DNA of 64,000 nt from Dehalococcoidia bacterium (GCA_963663235.2 CAXXNO010000009.1:64001-128000); one strand, 5' to 3'. Positions 49,242 to 61,156 are shown, counted from the stretch's first letter. Numbers and translations: made by a program. Notes: generated from the letters alone by a model not told the origin.

Positions 49242-49880
49242 CTATAGCGTGACGCGGAAGCAGCAGGCTTCCGCCCCCGAAAACTGACAGGACGTGAGTT
49301 CGACGGGAGCACCCATCAGGCGGCCGGCGTAGGCCGTGTGAAAGGTGCACAGATCATCGTTTGATTGCGCCACGCGCCCGTAGATGCAGTTGTAGTCGCG
49401 CACCGCCAGCCCGTCCTCGCTGGACTCCACTTCGACGAAGCCGCTCTCTTCTTGCATGATCTCCGCAGCGGCCAGCGCACGCTCTCGCCCGTCCATGCGC
49501 CGCAGCCGCTCCAGATAGGGGGCGGCGGCACGCTCGGCCATCCGCCGCATCACGAGCGTCCGCTTGTCCGCCTGCGAGAGGCCGGCGATGTCCCCGGCGT
49601 CGAGGGTGGTGACTTCTTGCAGGAGGAGCGCCGCCAGACGGTCGTAGGCTTTGGGGAACTGATCATCCCCGTTGGGCGTCAGGCTATAGACATGCGCAGG
49701 CCGCCCAGTGGGTCGACGCTCGGACTCGGCCACCAGCAGCCCTTCGCCCTGCATGCGGGCCAAGTGCTGGCGAATGGTCATGGGCGCGAGGTTCAGGCTC
49801 TGGGCGAGCGCCTCGACATCCGTGCCGGGGCGCCGCTTGAGGTGGGCCAAGATGCGTTCACGACTGCTGTGGACGGTCAA
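49242..49880 (-). CDS. SufR-like winged-helix transcription regulator
   Basis: N-terminal HTH, GRPAHVYSLT, FPKAY, C-terminal NC..C..CC residues. Confidence 0.82.
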   Translation of the reverse strand: MTVHSSRERILAHLKRRPGTDVEALAQSLNLAPMTIRQHLARMQGEGLLVAESERRPTGRPAHVYSLTPNGDDQFPKAYDRLAALLLQEVTTLDAGDIAGLSQADKRTLVMRRMAERAAAPYLERLRRMDGRERALAAAEIMQEESGFVEVESSEDGLAVRDYNCIYGRVAQSNDDLCTFHTAYAGRLMGAPVELTSCQFSGAEACCFRVTL

Positions 49881-49954
49881 ATAGGGGCCCTCGCGGCTCG
49901 GCCCCGGGACGCATCCAGGGGCAGCCAGCGCACTGAATCCGCCGTTTCGCTCGG

Positions 49955-50050
49955 ATCGTATAGAGAAGCAGAGCGAGGTGTCAAGGATTACACGTTGTAA
50001 ACGGTTTCAACGTTATTTTCCTTGACAGTGATCAGGCCCCTTCATATTGT
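49955..50050. promoter_or_regulatory. Divergent sigma70-type promoters with a central palindromic operator
   Basis: + strand TTGACA(50022)-17 nt-TATTGT; - strand TTGACA(49984-49979)-18 nt-TACGAT; ACGTTGTAAACGGTTTCAACGT at 49992-50013. Confidence 0.7.
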
Positions 50051-50116
50051 TGGAGAGGCGATTCCGGCGGAGCCGGGGCGCAGCGCGCTCCCGGAAGCGT
50101 CGGCACTGGAGGCGTC

Positions 50117-50407
50117 ATGGCGAGGCAGAGCATGAAGGAGCGAGCACCGCGCGGGAGTGTCGGCGTCCGGCATGGAGCCGGCCGGGTCGGCGCCTGCAAC
50201 CACCACTGGATCATCGATCCGCCCAACGGCCCGACCAGTTCCGGAAACTGCAAGCTGTGCGGCCGCAAGCGGAAGTTCCCCAACTCCTCCGAAGACTCGA
50301 TCTGGGACGGGGGGGAGGGGCGCTCACGCTGGAACGACATGAGGATCGCCCGCCGCCGACGGCCCGCGGATGAGCCGGTGGCCGAGGAGAACATCGTCGT
50401 CTTCTGA
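50117..50407 (+). CDS. Small zinc-ribbon-like protein
   Basis: GGAGG RBS; CNHHWII..PNGPTS.G.CKLCG..KFPNS. Confidence 0.75.
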   Translation: MARQSMKERAPRGSVGVRHGAGRVGACNHHWIIDPPNGPTSSGNCKLCGRKRKFPNSSEDSIWDGGEGRSRWNDMRIARRRRPADEPVAEENIVVF

Positions 50408-50492
50408 GGGTCTTCTGACGAGGTCTTCTGAGGTCTTCTGACGGGTCTTCTGACAGGGTCTTCTGACGAGGTCTTCTGACGGGGTCTTCTGA
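50399..50492. repeat. 8 copies of GTCTTCTGA with 1-4 nt spacers
   Basis: Copies at 50399, 50410, 50423, 50433, 50445, 50458, 50471 and 50484. Confidence 0.93.
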
Positions 50493-50511
50493 CGGGCACC
50501 CGTTGATCGCA

Positions 50512-50546
50512 ACGAAAACGCCGCCCTCCGGGGCGGCGTTTTTCGT
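50512..50546 (+). terminator. Rho-independent terminator
   Basis: AAAACGCCGCCC-TCCG-GGGCGGCGTTTTT. Confidence 0.85.
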
Positions 50547-50599
50547 CGCCGGGTGCCGAGCGCCGGGAGCGGGTAGAATCGAAGCGGAGCGCGCCTATC

Positions 50600-51526
50600 G
50601 TGGACCTGTCGGTTGACCTCGCGCAGGACTCCAAGCGGGGGTTGCCGCTGCGGAACCCCGTGATGACCGCCTCGGGCACGTTCTCGAACGGGCTGGAGTT
50701 CGCCAAGGTCTTCGACATCCAGCGGCTGGGCGGCATCGTCTCCAAGGGGCTGACGCTGCAGCCGCGTCGCGGCAACCCGAACCCGCGCATCGCAGAGACG
50801 CCGGCCGGGATGCTCAACAGCATCGGCTTCCAGAATGTGGGTCTGCGCCGGCTGGTGCGCGACGTCTGTCCCGTGTGGGCGACCTGGGAGACGCCGGTGA
50901 TCGTGAACATCTTGGGCGACACCGTCGATGAGTTCGCCAGGTTGGCGCGCGCGTTGGACGCCGTGCCGGGCGTGGCTGGGCTAGAGGTAAACATCTCCTG
51001 CCCCAACCTGGACGTGGGGGGGATGGAGTTCGGGCAGGATCCCGAGCAGGCCGCCGCGGTGACGGCCGCCGTCGTCCGCTCCACGACGCTGCCGGTCATC
51101 GTGAAGCTCACGCCGAACGTCGCCCAGATCGCGCCCATCGCCCTGGCCGTCGAGGCGGCGGGGGCGCATGCTCTCTGCGTGTCGAACTCGTTTCTGGGAA
51201 TGGCGATCGACGTGCGGACGCGGCGGCCGCGGACCTGCCGCCCCACCGCCGGGCTCACCGGCCCGGCGATCAAGCCGCTGGCGCTGCGCCTGGCCTACGA
51301 GACGGCCGCGGCGGTCTCGATTCCCGTCATCGGCTGCGGTGGGATCGAGAGCGGCCGCGACGCCGTGGAGTATCTGCTGGCGGGAGCGAGCGCGGTGCAG
51401 GTGGGCACGGCGACGTATCGCGACCCCTGCGCCCCGCTCCGGGTCTTGGAAGAGATCGAGGCGTTCTGCGCCGAGCAGGGAGTCGAGTCGCTCACGGAGT
51501 TGATCGGCGCGGCGCGGGAGTCGTGA
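50600..51526 (+). CDS. pyrD: Dihydroorotate dehydrogenase family 1B catalytic subunit
   Basis: NPVMTASGTF, GNPNPRIAETPAGMLNSIG, EVNISCPN, VKLTPN, GPAIKP. Confidence 0.95.
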   Translation: MDLSVDLAQDSKRGLPLRNPVMTASGTFSNGLEFAKVFDIQRLGGIVSKGLTLQPRRGNPNPRIAETPAGMLNSIGFQNVGLRRLVRDVCPVWATWETPVIVNILGDTVDEFARLARALDAVPGVAGLEVNISCPNLDVGGMEFGQDPEQAAAVTAAVVRSTTLPVIVKLTPNVAQIAPIALAVEAAGAHALCVSNSFLGMAIDVRTRRPRTCRPTAGLTGPAIKPLALRLAYETAAAVSIPVIGCGGIESGRDAVEYLLAGASAVQVGTATYRDPCAPLRVLEEIEAFCAEQGVESLTELIGAARES

Positions 51527-51617
51527 GGGCGTGGTGGTGAGGCTGGACGGGCAAACTCCGCGCCGGTTGCGGGCCGTCGATCCGGGCCGTACGGTGACAC
51601 TCCAAGAACCTTCGCAC

Positions 51618-51694
51618 CGGGGTGTAGCTCAGCCCGGCAGAGCGCGCGGTTTGGGGCCGTGAGGCCGGCGGTTCGAATCCGCCCACCCCGACCA
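51618..51694 (+). tRNA. tRNA-Pro (TGG)
   Basis: Acceptor stem CGGGGTG/CACCCCG, D arm TAGCTCAGCCCGGCAGAGC, anticodon loop TTTGGGG, T arm GGTTCGAATCC, encoded CCA. Confidence 0.96.
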
Positions 51695-51874
51695 TCCTCC
51701 CCACCCGGCTGTTCCCCTCGATGACGCGTCCCGGCGTCCAGGGGACGCCGCGCTCGGTGTCCGAGTCGTGCGTCGGAGGGGGTGAGGGGCCGTGCTAGAC
51801 TGCGGCCGTTTCTCCGGTACGGCGCGCGCGGCCATCTGGCCGCGCGCCGCACGGCGTGAGCGAAGGAGCACACC

Positions 51875-53014
51875 ATGGACGTCGGCGTGACCTTGACATT
51901 CCAGAACTTCCACGACTGGGAGCGCTACAACGCGAAGTCCTCCGCGGCCCCGATCGTGCCGGACTCGCAGATCTACGAGGAGGACCTGCACCTGGGGAGC
52001 CTGGTGGAGCCGCTGGGCTTCGATTCGCTGTGGGCCGTCGACCACCACTTCTCGCCCTACGTCATGACCGGCGGCGCGATGCAGAACCTGACCTACTTCG
52101 CCGGGCAGTCGAAGCGGCTGGACTTCGGCACGATGGTGATCGTGCTGCCGTGGTACGACCCGGTCGTGGTGGCGGAGCAGATCGCGGTGCTGGACAACAT
52201 GCTGCAGGGACGCCGCTTCACGATCGGGCTGGGACGCGGCGCAGCGCAGCGGGAGTTCGACGCCTACCGGATTCCGCTGGGCGAATCGCGCGGCCGCTTC
52301 ATGGAGTCGCTGGAGATCGTGCGCAAGGCGCTCACGCAAGAGTGGTTCTCCCACGAGGGCGAATTCTACACGATCCCGGAGACGACGATCCGGCCGCGGC
52401 CACGCACGCCGGACCTGGTGGACAGGATGAAGGTCGCTTGGGTGAGCCCGGAGACCCTGGGCATCGCCGCGAACGCCGGGCTGGGGATGCTGTTCGCGAA
52501 CCAGAAGAGTTGGGACGCCTACCAGGATGACTACAAGGAGTTCAACGCCGTGCGGGCCGAGCACAACTGGGCGCCGGTCCAGCCGACGGTGGTGGTGAGC
52601 GTCGCGTGCGCCGAATCGGAGGAGGAGGCGTGGGAGACGATCCTCAAGCACACCACCGAGGCCATGGACAGCGTGGAGCACCACTACCACTTCGGCGACA
52701 GCGCGCACTTCAAGCGGGCCGGAGGGTACGAGTTCTACGAAACCTTCGCGGAGACGCTGGAGTCAAAGAGTGCAAAGCAGATCGGGAAGTTCAACGCCAA
52801 GCCCCAGGCGTGGGGAACGCCCGCCCAGTGCCTGGAGAAGCTCCAGTACATCAAAGAGATGACGAGCGCCTCGGAGCTCGTGCTGGGGTTCCGCTACGGC
52901 GGGATGCCGGCCGAGGTCGCGGAGCGGAGCATGCGGCTGTTCGCCAAGGAGGTACTGCCCGCCGTGAAGGCGATGGATCCCGCTCCGCTCGCCGCGGCCG
53001 GGCGCGGCGGCTGA
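51875..53014 (+). CDS. LLM-class flavin-dependent oxidoreductase
   Basis: LGFDSLWAVDHHF, IAVLDNML.GR..IGLGRG, MRLFAKEVLP. Confidence 0.92.
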   Translation: MDVGVTLTFQNFHDWERYNAKSSAAPIVPDSQIYEEDLHLGSLVEPLGFDSLWAVDHHFSPYVMTGGAMQNLTYFAGQSKRLDFGTMVIVLPWYDPVVVAEQIAVLDNMLQGRRFTIGLGRGAAQREFDAYRIPLGESRGRFMESLEIVRKALTQEWFSHEGEFYTIPETTIRPRPRTPDLVDRMKVAWVSPETLGIAANAGLGMLFANQKSWDAYQDDYKEFNAVRAEHNWAPVQPTVVVSVACAESEEEAWETILKHTTEAMDSVEHHYHFGDSAHFKRAGGYEFYETFAETLESKSAKQIGKFNAKPQAWGTPAQCLEKLQYIKEMTSASELVLGFRYGGMPAEVAERSMRLFAKEVLPAVKAMDPAPLAAAGRGG

Positions 53015-53019
53015 CGCCG

Positions 53020-53207
53020 GCCGGTCGCGCGCGTGTGCGGCCGGGGAAGCGGCGGACGAGGCTCGCGCGAATCACGGCACAGCCGTCGCAGGCAACGCGA
53101 GGCCATTCGAGTAAGGCATCGACATCACGCAGGGCCTCTGGCGGAACGCCCAGTTCCCGCGCCAGCGCCTCCTCGTCGCGGTACGTGAGGGTGTAGCGGG
53201 CACACAT
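53020..53207 (-). pseudogene. Probable SOS response-associated peptidase (SRAP) 5' fragment
   Basis: GGAG then MCARYTL..EALARELG resembles the SRAP N-terminus (MCGRY/F); similarity is lost after about 25 aa. Confidence 0.5.
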
Positions 53208-53259
53208 GGGCGAGTCTCCGATGCGGGCCTCCCGCCGTCCCCTATGGTACCTTTCCGCC

Positions 53260-54603
<1,344 letters not shown>

Positions 54604-54791
54604 CGCGACGGACTCACCGCCCAGGGAACGTGACGGCTGCCGCCGCTCCCATCTGGACGCTCATCACCTCGGCGATCGCTTGGATCGGCGACTGACGGCG
54701 CTGTCACTCCCTGCCGCGACAAAATGGTGGCAAGCATCCGACGAGGTCGTTCGGCCCTCCTCGCTCCCGGGAGGGGCTCCCCGCGGGCGGG

Positions 54792-55427
54792 TCAATCGTC
54801 GAGCCGCTGGTCGCCCCAGCGGTTCCAGTGGGTAACGGCGCGGGCGGGGACGCGCTTGGGTTCGCCCCAGCGCCCCTGCGGGTAGCCGACGGGGATGATG
54901 GCGATCGGGTTCACGTCCTCGGGCAGACCCAAGATCGTCTGCACCTCCCGGTGGCGACGCGTGAGCAGCGTCGTCAGGGTGGTGCCCAAGCCTCGCGCCC
55001 GCGCGGCGAGCATGAGGTTCTGGACCGCCGGAAAGATCGACCCGTAGTAGGCGGCGGCGCCCTCGGGCGATGTTGGAAGCGGACCGCGCATACAGGCGGC
55101 GATGATGGCGGGCGCCTCGCCGAGATGATCGACGAGGTGCATCGCGCCTTGGTAGACCTTGCGCTGATCGGGCGGCAGGTCCGGATCCGCCAGGACGGTG
55201 TCCCGGAACAGGGCGTTGCCCAGTTCCCGGTAGTGCTGGGCCAGCCGCCGGCGCAGCTCCGCGTCGGACACGATGACGAAGGCCCAGCTCTGCCGGTTGG
55301 CGCCGCTCGGCGCTTGCGTGGCCGCAGCGACGATGTCGCGCAGGTCCTCGTCGGGGACGGGGTCGGGCTTGAGCCGCCGCATGGCGCGCGTGGTCGTCAT
55401 CACCTCGTCCATCGAGAGATCGGCCAT
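54792..55427 (-). CDS. Nitroreductase family protein
   Basis: TRAMRRLKPDPV, APSGANRQSWAF, QNLMLAARARGLG. Confidence 0.92.
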   Translation of the reverse strand: MADLSMDEVMTTTRAMRRLKPDPVPDEDLRDIVAAATQAPSGANRQSWAFVIVSDAELRRRLAQHYRELGNALFRDTVLADPDLPPDQRKVYQGAMHLVDHLGEAPAIIAACMRGPLPTSPEGAAAYYGSIFPAVQNLMLAARARGLGTTLTTLLTRRHREVQTILGLPEDVNPIAIIPVGYPQGRWGEPKRVPARAVTHWNRWGDQRLDD

Positions 55428-55594
55428 CCTCAATCCTCCATCGGCTGGGGGTGCAGGCTTCGTCCAGGCAAACCTTAGTGGCAGAGCTGAAGGAAGGCGA
55501 TGCGGGGCCCGCCAGGATCTCCCACCCCCGTGCACGGAGCGGATCGCGGTACCCTGTGCCCCTGGCGGCGAGAGGCCTGCCGAAGGGAGCCACG

Positions 55595-56371
55595 ATGCCG
55601 ACCCTGGCGACGAACGGAACCACCCTGCACTACGACGAGGCCGGGAGCGGGCCGGCACTGGTCCTCACGCACGGCTTCGGCGATTCCGGCCTTCTGTGGA
55701 CCGCGCAGATCGAGCGCTTCCGGGATCGCTACCGCGTCGTCACGCACGACCTGCGCGGCCACGCGCGATCCGGCGCCCCTGAGGAGTTGTGGGCGTACAC
55801 GCAGGATCTGATGGTGGAGGACCTGCGCGCGATCATGGACCATCTGGGCATCGAGCGCGCCGTCCTCGGAGGGCACTCCCTGGGCGGCTACACGTCGCTG
55901 CGGTTCTACCAACGCTACCCCGATCGCGTGCGAGCGCTGATCCTGTCCGGCACGGGTCCGGGCTACCGGCGGCAAGCGGGGGCGCGGGAGTGGACCGCGC
56001 GCGGCGAGGCCGCCGCCGCGGAATATGAGAAGCGCGGGCTGGATACGACCGTCGATGCGCGCGGCGAGGGCATCGGTCGGCACGGCGGCAGCGAATCGAT
56101 CCAGCACACGTTGCGGGGCTTGGCGTTCGTGCGACGCGGGGTCATGCGTATGCCGCCGCTGGTGGACTGCACCGAGATCACGACGCCGGCGATCGTGCTG
56201 GTGGGCGAGGAGGACACGCCGTTCCGCAACTCATCTGCGTACATGGCGGCCAAGATCCCGGAGGGGACGGGGCCGGTCGTGATCCCCGGCGCATCGCACT
56301 GGGCCAACTTCGACGACGCCCCGCGCTGGAACGAGGCCGTGGCAGCGTTCCTGGCAGCCCTGCCCACCTAG
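55595..56371 (+). CDS. Alpha/beta hydrolase
   Basis: THGFG, HDLRGH, GHSLGG, GEED, ASHW. Confidence 0.9.
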   Translation: MPTLATNGTTLHYDEAGSGPALVLTHGFGDSGLLWTAQIERFRDRYRVVTHDLRGHARSGAPEELWAYTQDLMVEDLRAIMDHLGIERAVLGGHSLGGYTSLRFYQRYPDRVRALILSGTGPGYRRQAGAREWTARGEAAAAEYEKRGLDTTVDARGEGIGRHGGSESIQHTLRGLAFVRRGVMRMPPLVDCTEITTPAIVLVGEEDTPFRNSSAYMAAKIPEGTGPVVIPGASHWANFDDAPRWNEAVAAFLAALPT

Positions 56372-56390
56372 GACAGGAGGAATCAGCCTC

Positions 56391-57479
56391 ATGGAGTTCG
56401 CGCTCTTCTTGAACACGCACGGTGTGGGCACTCGCGACGATCACGACTGGTGGCACCAGCCCATGAACCCGGCGGAGATGCGGCCGGTGGAGTCGGCGCA
56501 ACTGGCGGAGCGGCTGGGCTTCCACTCGGTCTTCATGGGGGACCATGTCGCAATGCCGGAGCAGTCGCCAGAGTCGGTCTCCCCGGGGCACTTGGAGGGC
56601 GCATCTGATCCCGAGGTGCGTCAGCGGGGAACGGCAGAAGACGACGTGGGCGGCAGCAAGCGGCATTACCCGCCGCGCCCCAGCATCCTGGATGGCGCCG
56701 TGGTGATGGGCGCCATCGCCACGCACACGAGTCGCATCAAGATGGGGCCCAGCGTGCTGATCGCGCCGTATCGCCACCCCCTCAGCGACGCCCGGCAGTT
56801 CGCCACGATCGATTACCTCTCCAACGGCCGGTTGATCATGGGAGTGGGCGCCGGCTGGATGAAGGAGGAGTTCGACGCGCTGGGGCAGCCGCACGCATCG
56901 CGATTACAGATGCTGGAGGAGTGCATCCAGGTCTACGACCGGTGCTGGACCGAGCCGCTGGCCTCCTTCCAGGGCGACTTCCACCGCTTCGAAAACATCG
57001 CCATGGATCCCAAGCCGGTGCGGAAGCCGCGCCCGCCGATCGTCGTGGGCGCCACGACTAAGGCGGGCGCCCGCGTGGCCGCTCGCCACAGCGACGGGCT
57101 GATGCCGATCTTGGCGCGGCCTCACGACCAGCCACAGCAGTGCGCCCCCCTCCAAGACGAGATCCGGCGCGAAGCAGCGAAGATCGGCCGCGACCCCAGC
57201 GAGATCGCCATGTTGGGCACCGTGTCGATGCGGATCACGGACGCCGGCGACCCCGAGGCGACGCGCAGGCCCCGGCGGTCCTGCGGCGGCACGGCCGAGC
57301 AGATCCTCAGTGACCTGGAGCGCTTCGCAGAGGCCGGGTACTCCCTTATATGGATCGCGCCCGACTGCCCGTCGCGGACCTACGCCGAGTATCGAGAGCA
57401 GGTGGAACGGTTCGCGGCGGAGGTCATGCCGGAGGGCAAGAAGTTGCGGCCGCAAGGTGAGTGGCGCACGGACCTCTAA
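56391..57479 (+). CDS. LLM-class oxidoreductase (third NTHG/DTHG-type paralog)
   Basis: LNTHG, GDHVAMP, DARQFATIDYLSNGRL. Confidence 0.92.
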   Translation: MEFALFLNTHGVGTRDDHDWWHQPMNPAEMRPVESAQLAERLGFHSVFMGDHVAMPEQSPESVSPGHLEGASDPEVRQRGTAEDDVGGSKRHYPPRPSILDGAVVMGAIATHTSRIKMGPSVLIAPYRHPLSDARQFATIDYLSNGRLIMGVGAGWMKEEFDALGQPHASRLQMLEECIQVYDRCWTEPLASFQGDFHRFENIAMDPKPVRKPRPPIVVGATTKAGARVAARHSDGLMPILARPHDQPQQCAPLQDEIRREAAKIGRDPSEIAMLGTVSMRITDAGDPEATRRPRRSCGGTAEQILSDLERFAEAGYSLIWIAPDCPSRTYAEYREQVERFAAEVMPEGKKLRPQGEWRTDL

Positions 57480-57653
57480 TGGCGGCGCGGTACTCGGGAG
57501 AGGGGGGCGGATCCTGCGTGTGGCGCTACCTCGGCACGGGCGCGTCCAAGCCCATCTTCAGTCACATAGCCTCCGTGTCGAATACAGACCATGTATGTGG
57601 TTGCGTTAGGCTCGGGCTCCCCCGATCGACGCGCTGACAGGGTCTAGGAACCA

Positions 57654-60269
57654 ATGATCTCATCATCCGAGTTAGCAGGCCTCTTCGGACAGAGCCTGGA
57701 CATGTATCTAGATAGCTGCATTGTCGTAGGTGACGACGGTACGATCTTGCTGGCGAACCAACGGGTGCGGCGCGACTTCGGGTACAAGCCGCACGAGCTC
57801 GTGGGAAAATCGATCGAGACCTTGGTGCCCGAGCGCTTCCTCGAGGCCCACAGGCGAGGTTTCGCGGGCTTCTGGGAGGAGCCCACTGTACTCCACATGG
57901 ATCTCAGCAGAAATCTCGTCGGACGGCGCAAAGACGGCTCCGAGCTTCCACTGACTATCGGCCTCAGCCCGGCGCAGACCGACAGCGGCCTGGTGGTGCT
58001 CGCCGAATTGCGCGATATGAGCGAACAGCGCCGCGCTGAGCAAGCGCTGCAACCCAGCGAACAGCGGCATCGCGCCCTCATCGAGAGTGCCGCCGTGGCC
58101 ATCGTGCAGCTCGATCGAGATCTGATGGTCGAGTACGCCAACCCGGCCTTGTGCGAGCTGCTCGAAGTGCCCGACCCAGGGGACCTCATCGGGACATCCT
58201 ATCGCCGGTTCTATAAAGGCAAGAATCGGGCGCTCCTTGAACAGGCGTTCGCGCGGCGCCTTCAAGGCGACACGGGAGCCAACGAATGAGAGCTCACGAC
58301 GCAGAAGGGACGAACGCGGACCGTGATCGCTGGGGGTGGGGCGGTCACGGACGCCGCCGGCGAACTCGTGGGTACGATCGGCACCCTCGTTGACATCACG
58401 GAGCGGAAACGTCTGGAAAAGACCGTCGCGGCAAGTGCGGCGCTACTGGCGCGGGCCGAGGCGATGGTCCACGTCGGAACCTGGTCCTTGAATCTCACGA
58501 GTAACAAAGTGACCGCGTCCGAGGAAGTCTACCGGATGCATGGCTTGGATCCGAAAGGCGCCAACGAGGTCACGGACCCGCAAACATTCCTTGCCCTCGT
58601 GCAGCCGGACGACCGAGCCGTGCTGCAACAAAGGCAGTTGTCCCACAGCGCAGGAGGCGTGCAGGACGAAGTCGACTTCCGCGTCGTGCGACCGGACGGA
58701 AGCGAACGGGTTCTCCGCGCACGGCATGACGTAGTGTTCGACGAGGCTGGGGCGCCAGTCACCCTCGTGGGCGTAACCTGGGACGTCACCGAGCGGAAGC
58801 GTCTGGAAACGGCCACCAAGGAAAGTGCTGCGCTCCTCGCGGAGGCCGCGGCGCTCGCCCACGTGGGGAGCTGGTCCCTCAATATCGCCGCGACCGAGCT
58901 GAGTGTATCCGAGGAGTACTGCCGGATACATGGCTTGGACTCGGAGGACGTCAAGGGCACCTTGGATCTGTTAGCGATCCGTGCCTTCGTGCACGTCGAC
59001 GACCGGGCCATGGTGGAACGAGCGCTGGAGAAGAGCCTCGAGGAAGACGTGCATGACGAACTCGAGGTCCGTATTGTGCGACCGGACGGGAGCGAGCGGG
59101 TCATACGTTCGCGGCGTACAGTAACTCGCGACGAGGCCGGGGCGCCGGTCCGGATGGTCGGCGTAGGCCAGGACATCACGGAGCAGAAGCGTCTGGAAAC
59201 GGCCGCCGCGGAAAGTGCGGCGCTACTCCTGAGGGCCGAGGCGATGGCGCACACGGGGGCCTGGTCCTTGGATCTGGCGACGAACAAGGTGACCGCGTCC
59301 CGCGAGCTCTACCTCATTCATGGCTTGGATCCGAAGGGCGCCAACGAACGCACGGATCCGCAAACATTCAGGGCCCTCGTGCACCCGGACGACCGCGCCT
59401 TAGTGGATCGCGTGCAGGCGCCCAGCAGTGAAAGAGGCGTACACGACGCCATCGAGTTCCGCATCGAGCGAGAGGGTGGAGGCGAGAGGGTTCTCCGCTC
59501 GCGCCATGAGGTACTTTTCGACGAGACGGGGGCAGCGGTGGAGATGGTGGGCACAGCCCAGGACATCACCGGGCGCGAGAAGGATGAGATGGCACTCAAG
59601 CGACTCTATGGAGAGCGCAGTCATTTAGTTCAGCGCTTAGTGGAGGCGCAAGAGGGGGAGCGCCAACAGATCGCCTATGACCTCCATGATGGAGTGGCCC
59701 AACATCTGACGGCCGCGGCCATGTTCCTGGACGTCTATGCGTTGGAGCGGGAGGACCGGCAAGGGGAGGCCGAGGGGTATCTCAGGCGGGCGAAGCAATC
59801 GCTGGACATCGTGCTCCGGGAGACGCAGCGGATCATGTCCGGGCTGCGGCCGCCGGCCCTGGATGACCTCGGCCTTGCGGGCGCTTTGCAAGGCGCGCTT
59901 GAGGACCTGCGGGCGGTCAGCGATGGCAAGCTGGAGATTGACTCCGATCTGAGTAACGTGCGCTTGTCCGGGGATGTGGAGATCTTGCTGTTCCGCATTG
60001 CGCAGGAAGCCCTCAACAACGCGCTGAAGCATGCGTCGGCGACACACATCCAGGTCAGTCTGCACATGGAGGGATCCCGGTTGACGCTGGCCGTGCGCGA
60101 CAACGGCGAGGGATTCGATCGACGTGCGGAGGCAGGACCCGGCAATCGTCCGCACATGGGGCTTGAAAGCATGCAGGAGCGGGCAAAGCTAATCGGCGCC
60201 ACCTGCGAGGTGATCTCCACGCCGGGGCAGGGCACTACGGTGCGCGTCATGATGCCGGTGCCGGAATAG
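57654..60269 (+). pseudogene. Multi-PAS HisKA_3 sensor histidine kinase interrupted by an in-frame TGA (58287-58289)
   Basis: The two ORFs are in the same frame; PAS/PAC repeats, IAYDLHDGVAQ, QEALNNALKHA, DNGEGF, GLESMQERA. Confidence 0.82.
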
Positions 60270-60308
60270 ACGCGAGGGACCCACAAGGAAACGGGACTGA
60301 GATGCCCA

Positions 60309-61001
60309 GTGGCTGAGGCACAGCGAGACGACGCAGATTCAGGCGGCGGCGGGATCCGGGTGCTGATTGTGGACGATCATCGCGCCATGCGCGAGGGGCT
60401 GCGGGCGCTGCTCGACGTGCCGGAAATTCACGTGGTCGGCGAAGCCGCATCCGGCCGCGAAGCGGTCGCGTGCGTTCGCGAAGCGCAGCCCGACATCATT
60501 CTCCTCGACGTGCGCATGCCAGACATGGACGGGCTGACGGCGATCCCGCTGATCAAAGAGGAGTTGCCGTCCGTCGCGGTGATCATATTGACGAGCTTCG
60601 AGAGTTCCACATACGTGGCAGAGGCTCTTGCCGCCAGCGCCGCCGGGTATGTGCTGAAGGGTGTCGGGCGGGTCGCCCTGGTGAGGGCCGCCCAGACCGT
60701 GCACGAAGGCGGGGCCACTTTCGACCCGGTGGCTCTCGGGGGTTTAATTCGCAGCGTGAGATCTTCAGCAGGGCCTCTACCCGACAGCGCGGGCCATGAC
60801 TTGGTATCGCTGAGCGCAGGGGAGCAAGAAACGCTCAAGCTCGTGGCGAGCGGCCGGACCGACCAGCAGATCGCAGAGCAGATCCATTCCAGCGTCGCCA
60901 CGGTCGAGAACACCGTGCAGAGCATCATCGAAAAGCTGGGCGCTCCAGACCGGATCTAGGCTGCCGTGCTCACCGGCTGCGCAGGATTCGCCATCGGTTA
61001 G
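60309..61001 (+). pseudogene. NarL-family response regulator with a probable premature TAG at 60957-60959
   Basis: IVDDH, LLDVRMP; ends LGAPDRI*AAVL where the family has LG..DRTQAA (CAG>TAG). Confidence 0.7.
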
Positions 61002-61156
61002 GCAGCGGCGTGGGGATCGAGACGGCTCAGAGCCCTGCGACGGCCATGCGGCCCGGCCTGGGAAACCGATCCAGGTGCAGCGACGAGAAGCGGAAGAGGC
61101 CGGCGAGGCGACGAAGGAACCGTCGGCGGGGTCAGTGCCGCGCATCAGCCTTGGTC

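Noticed and set aside
51618-51720. tRNA-Pro as an integration site for an island
   Set aside because: No integrase and no duplicated tRNA 3' end found in the window.
58287-58351. TGA in the PAS kinase as selenocysteine (an 11-bp hairpin lies downstream)
   Set aside because: The position is not a redox or Cys motif, the loop is about 42 nt from the TGA (beyond the usual SECIS spacing), and the partner gene also has a nonsense codon.
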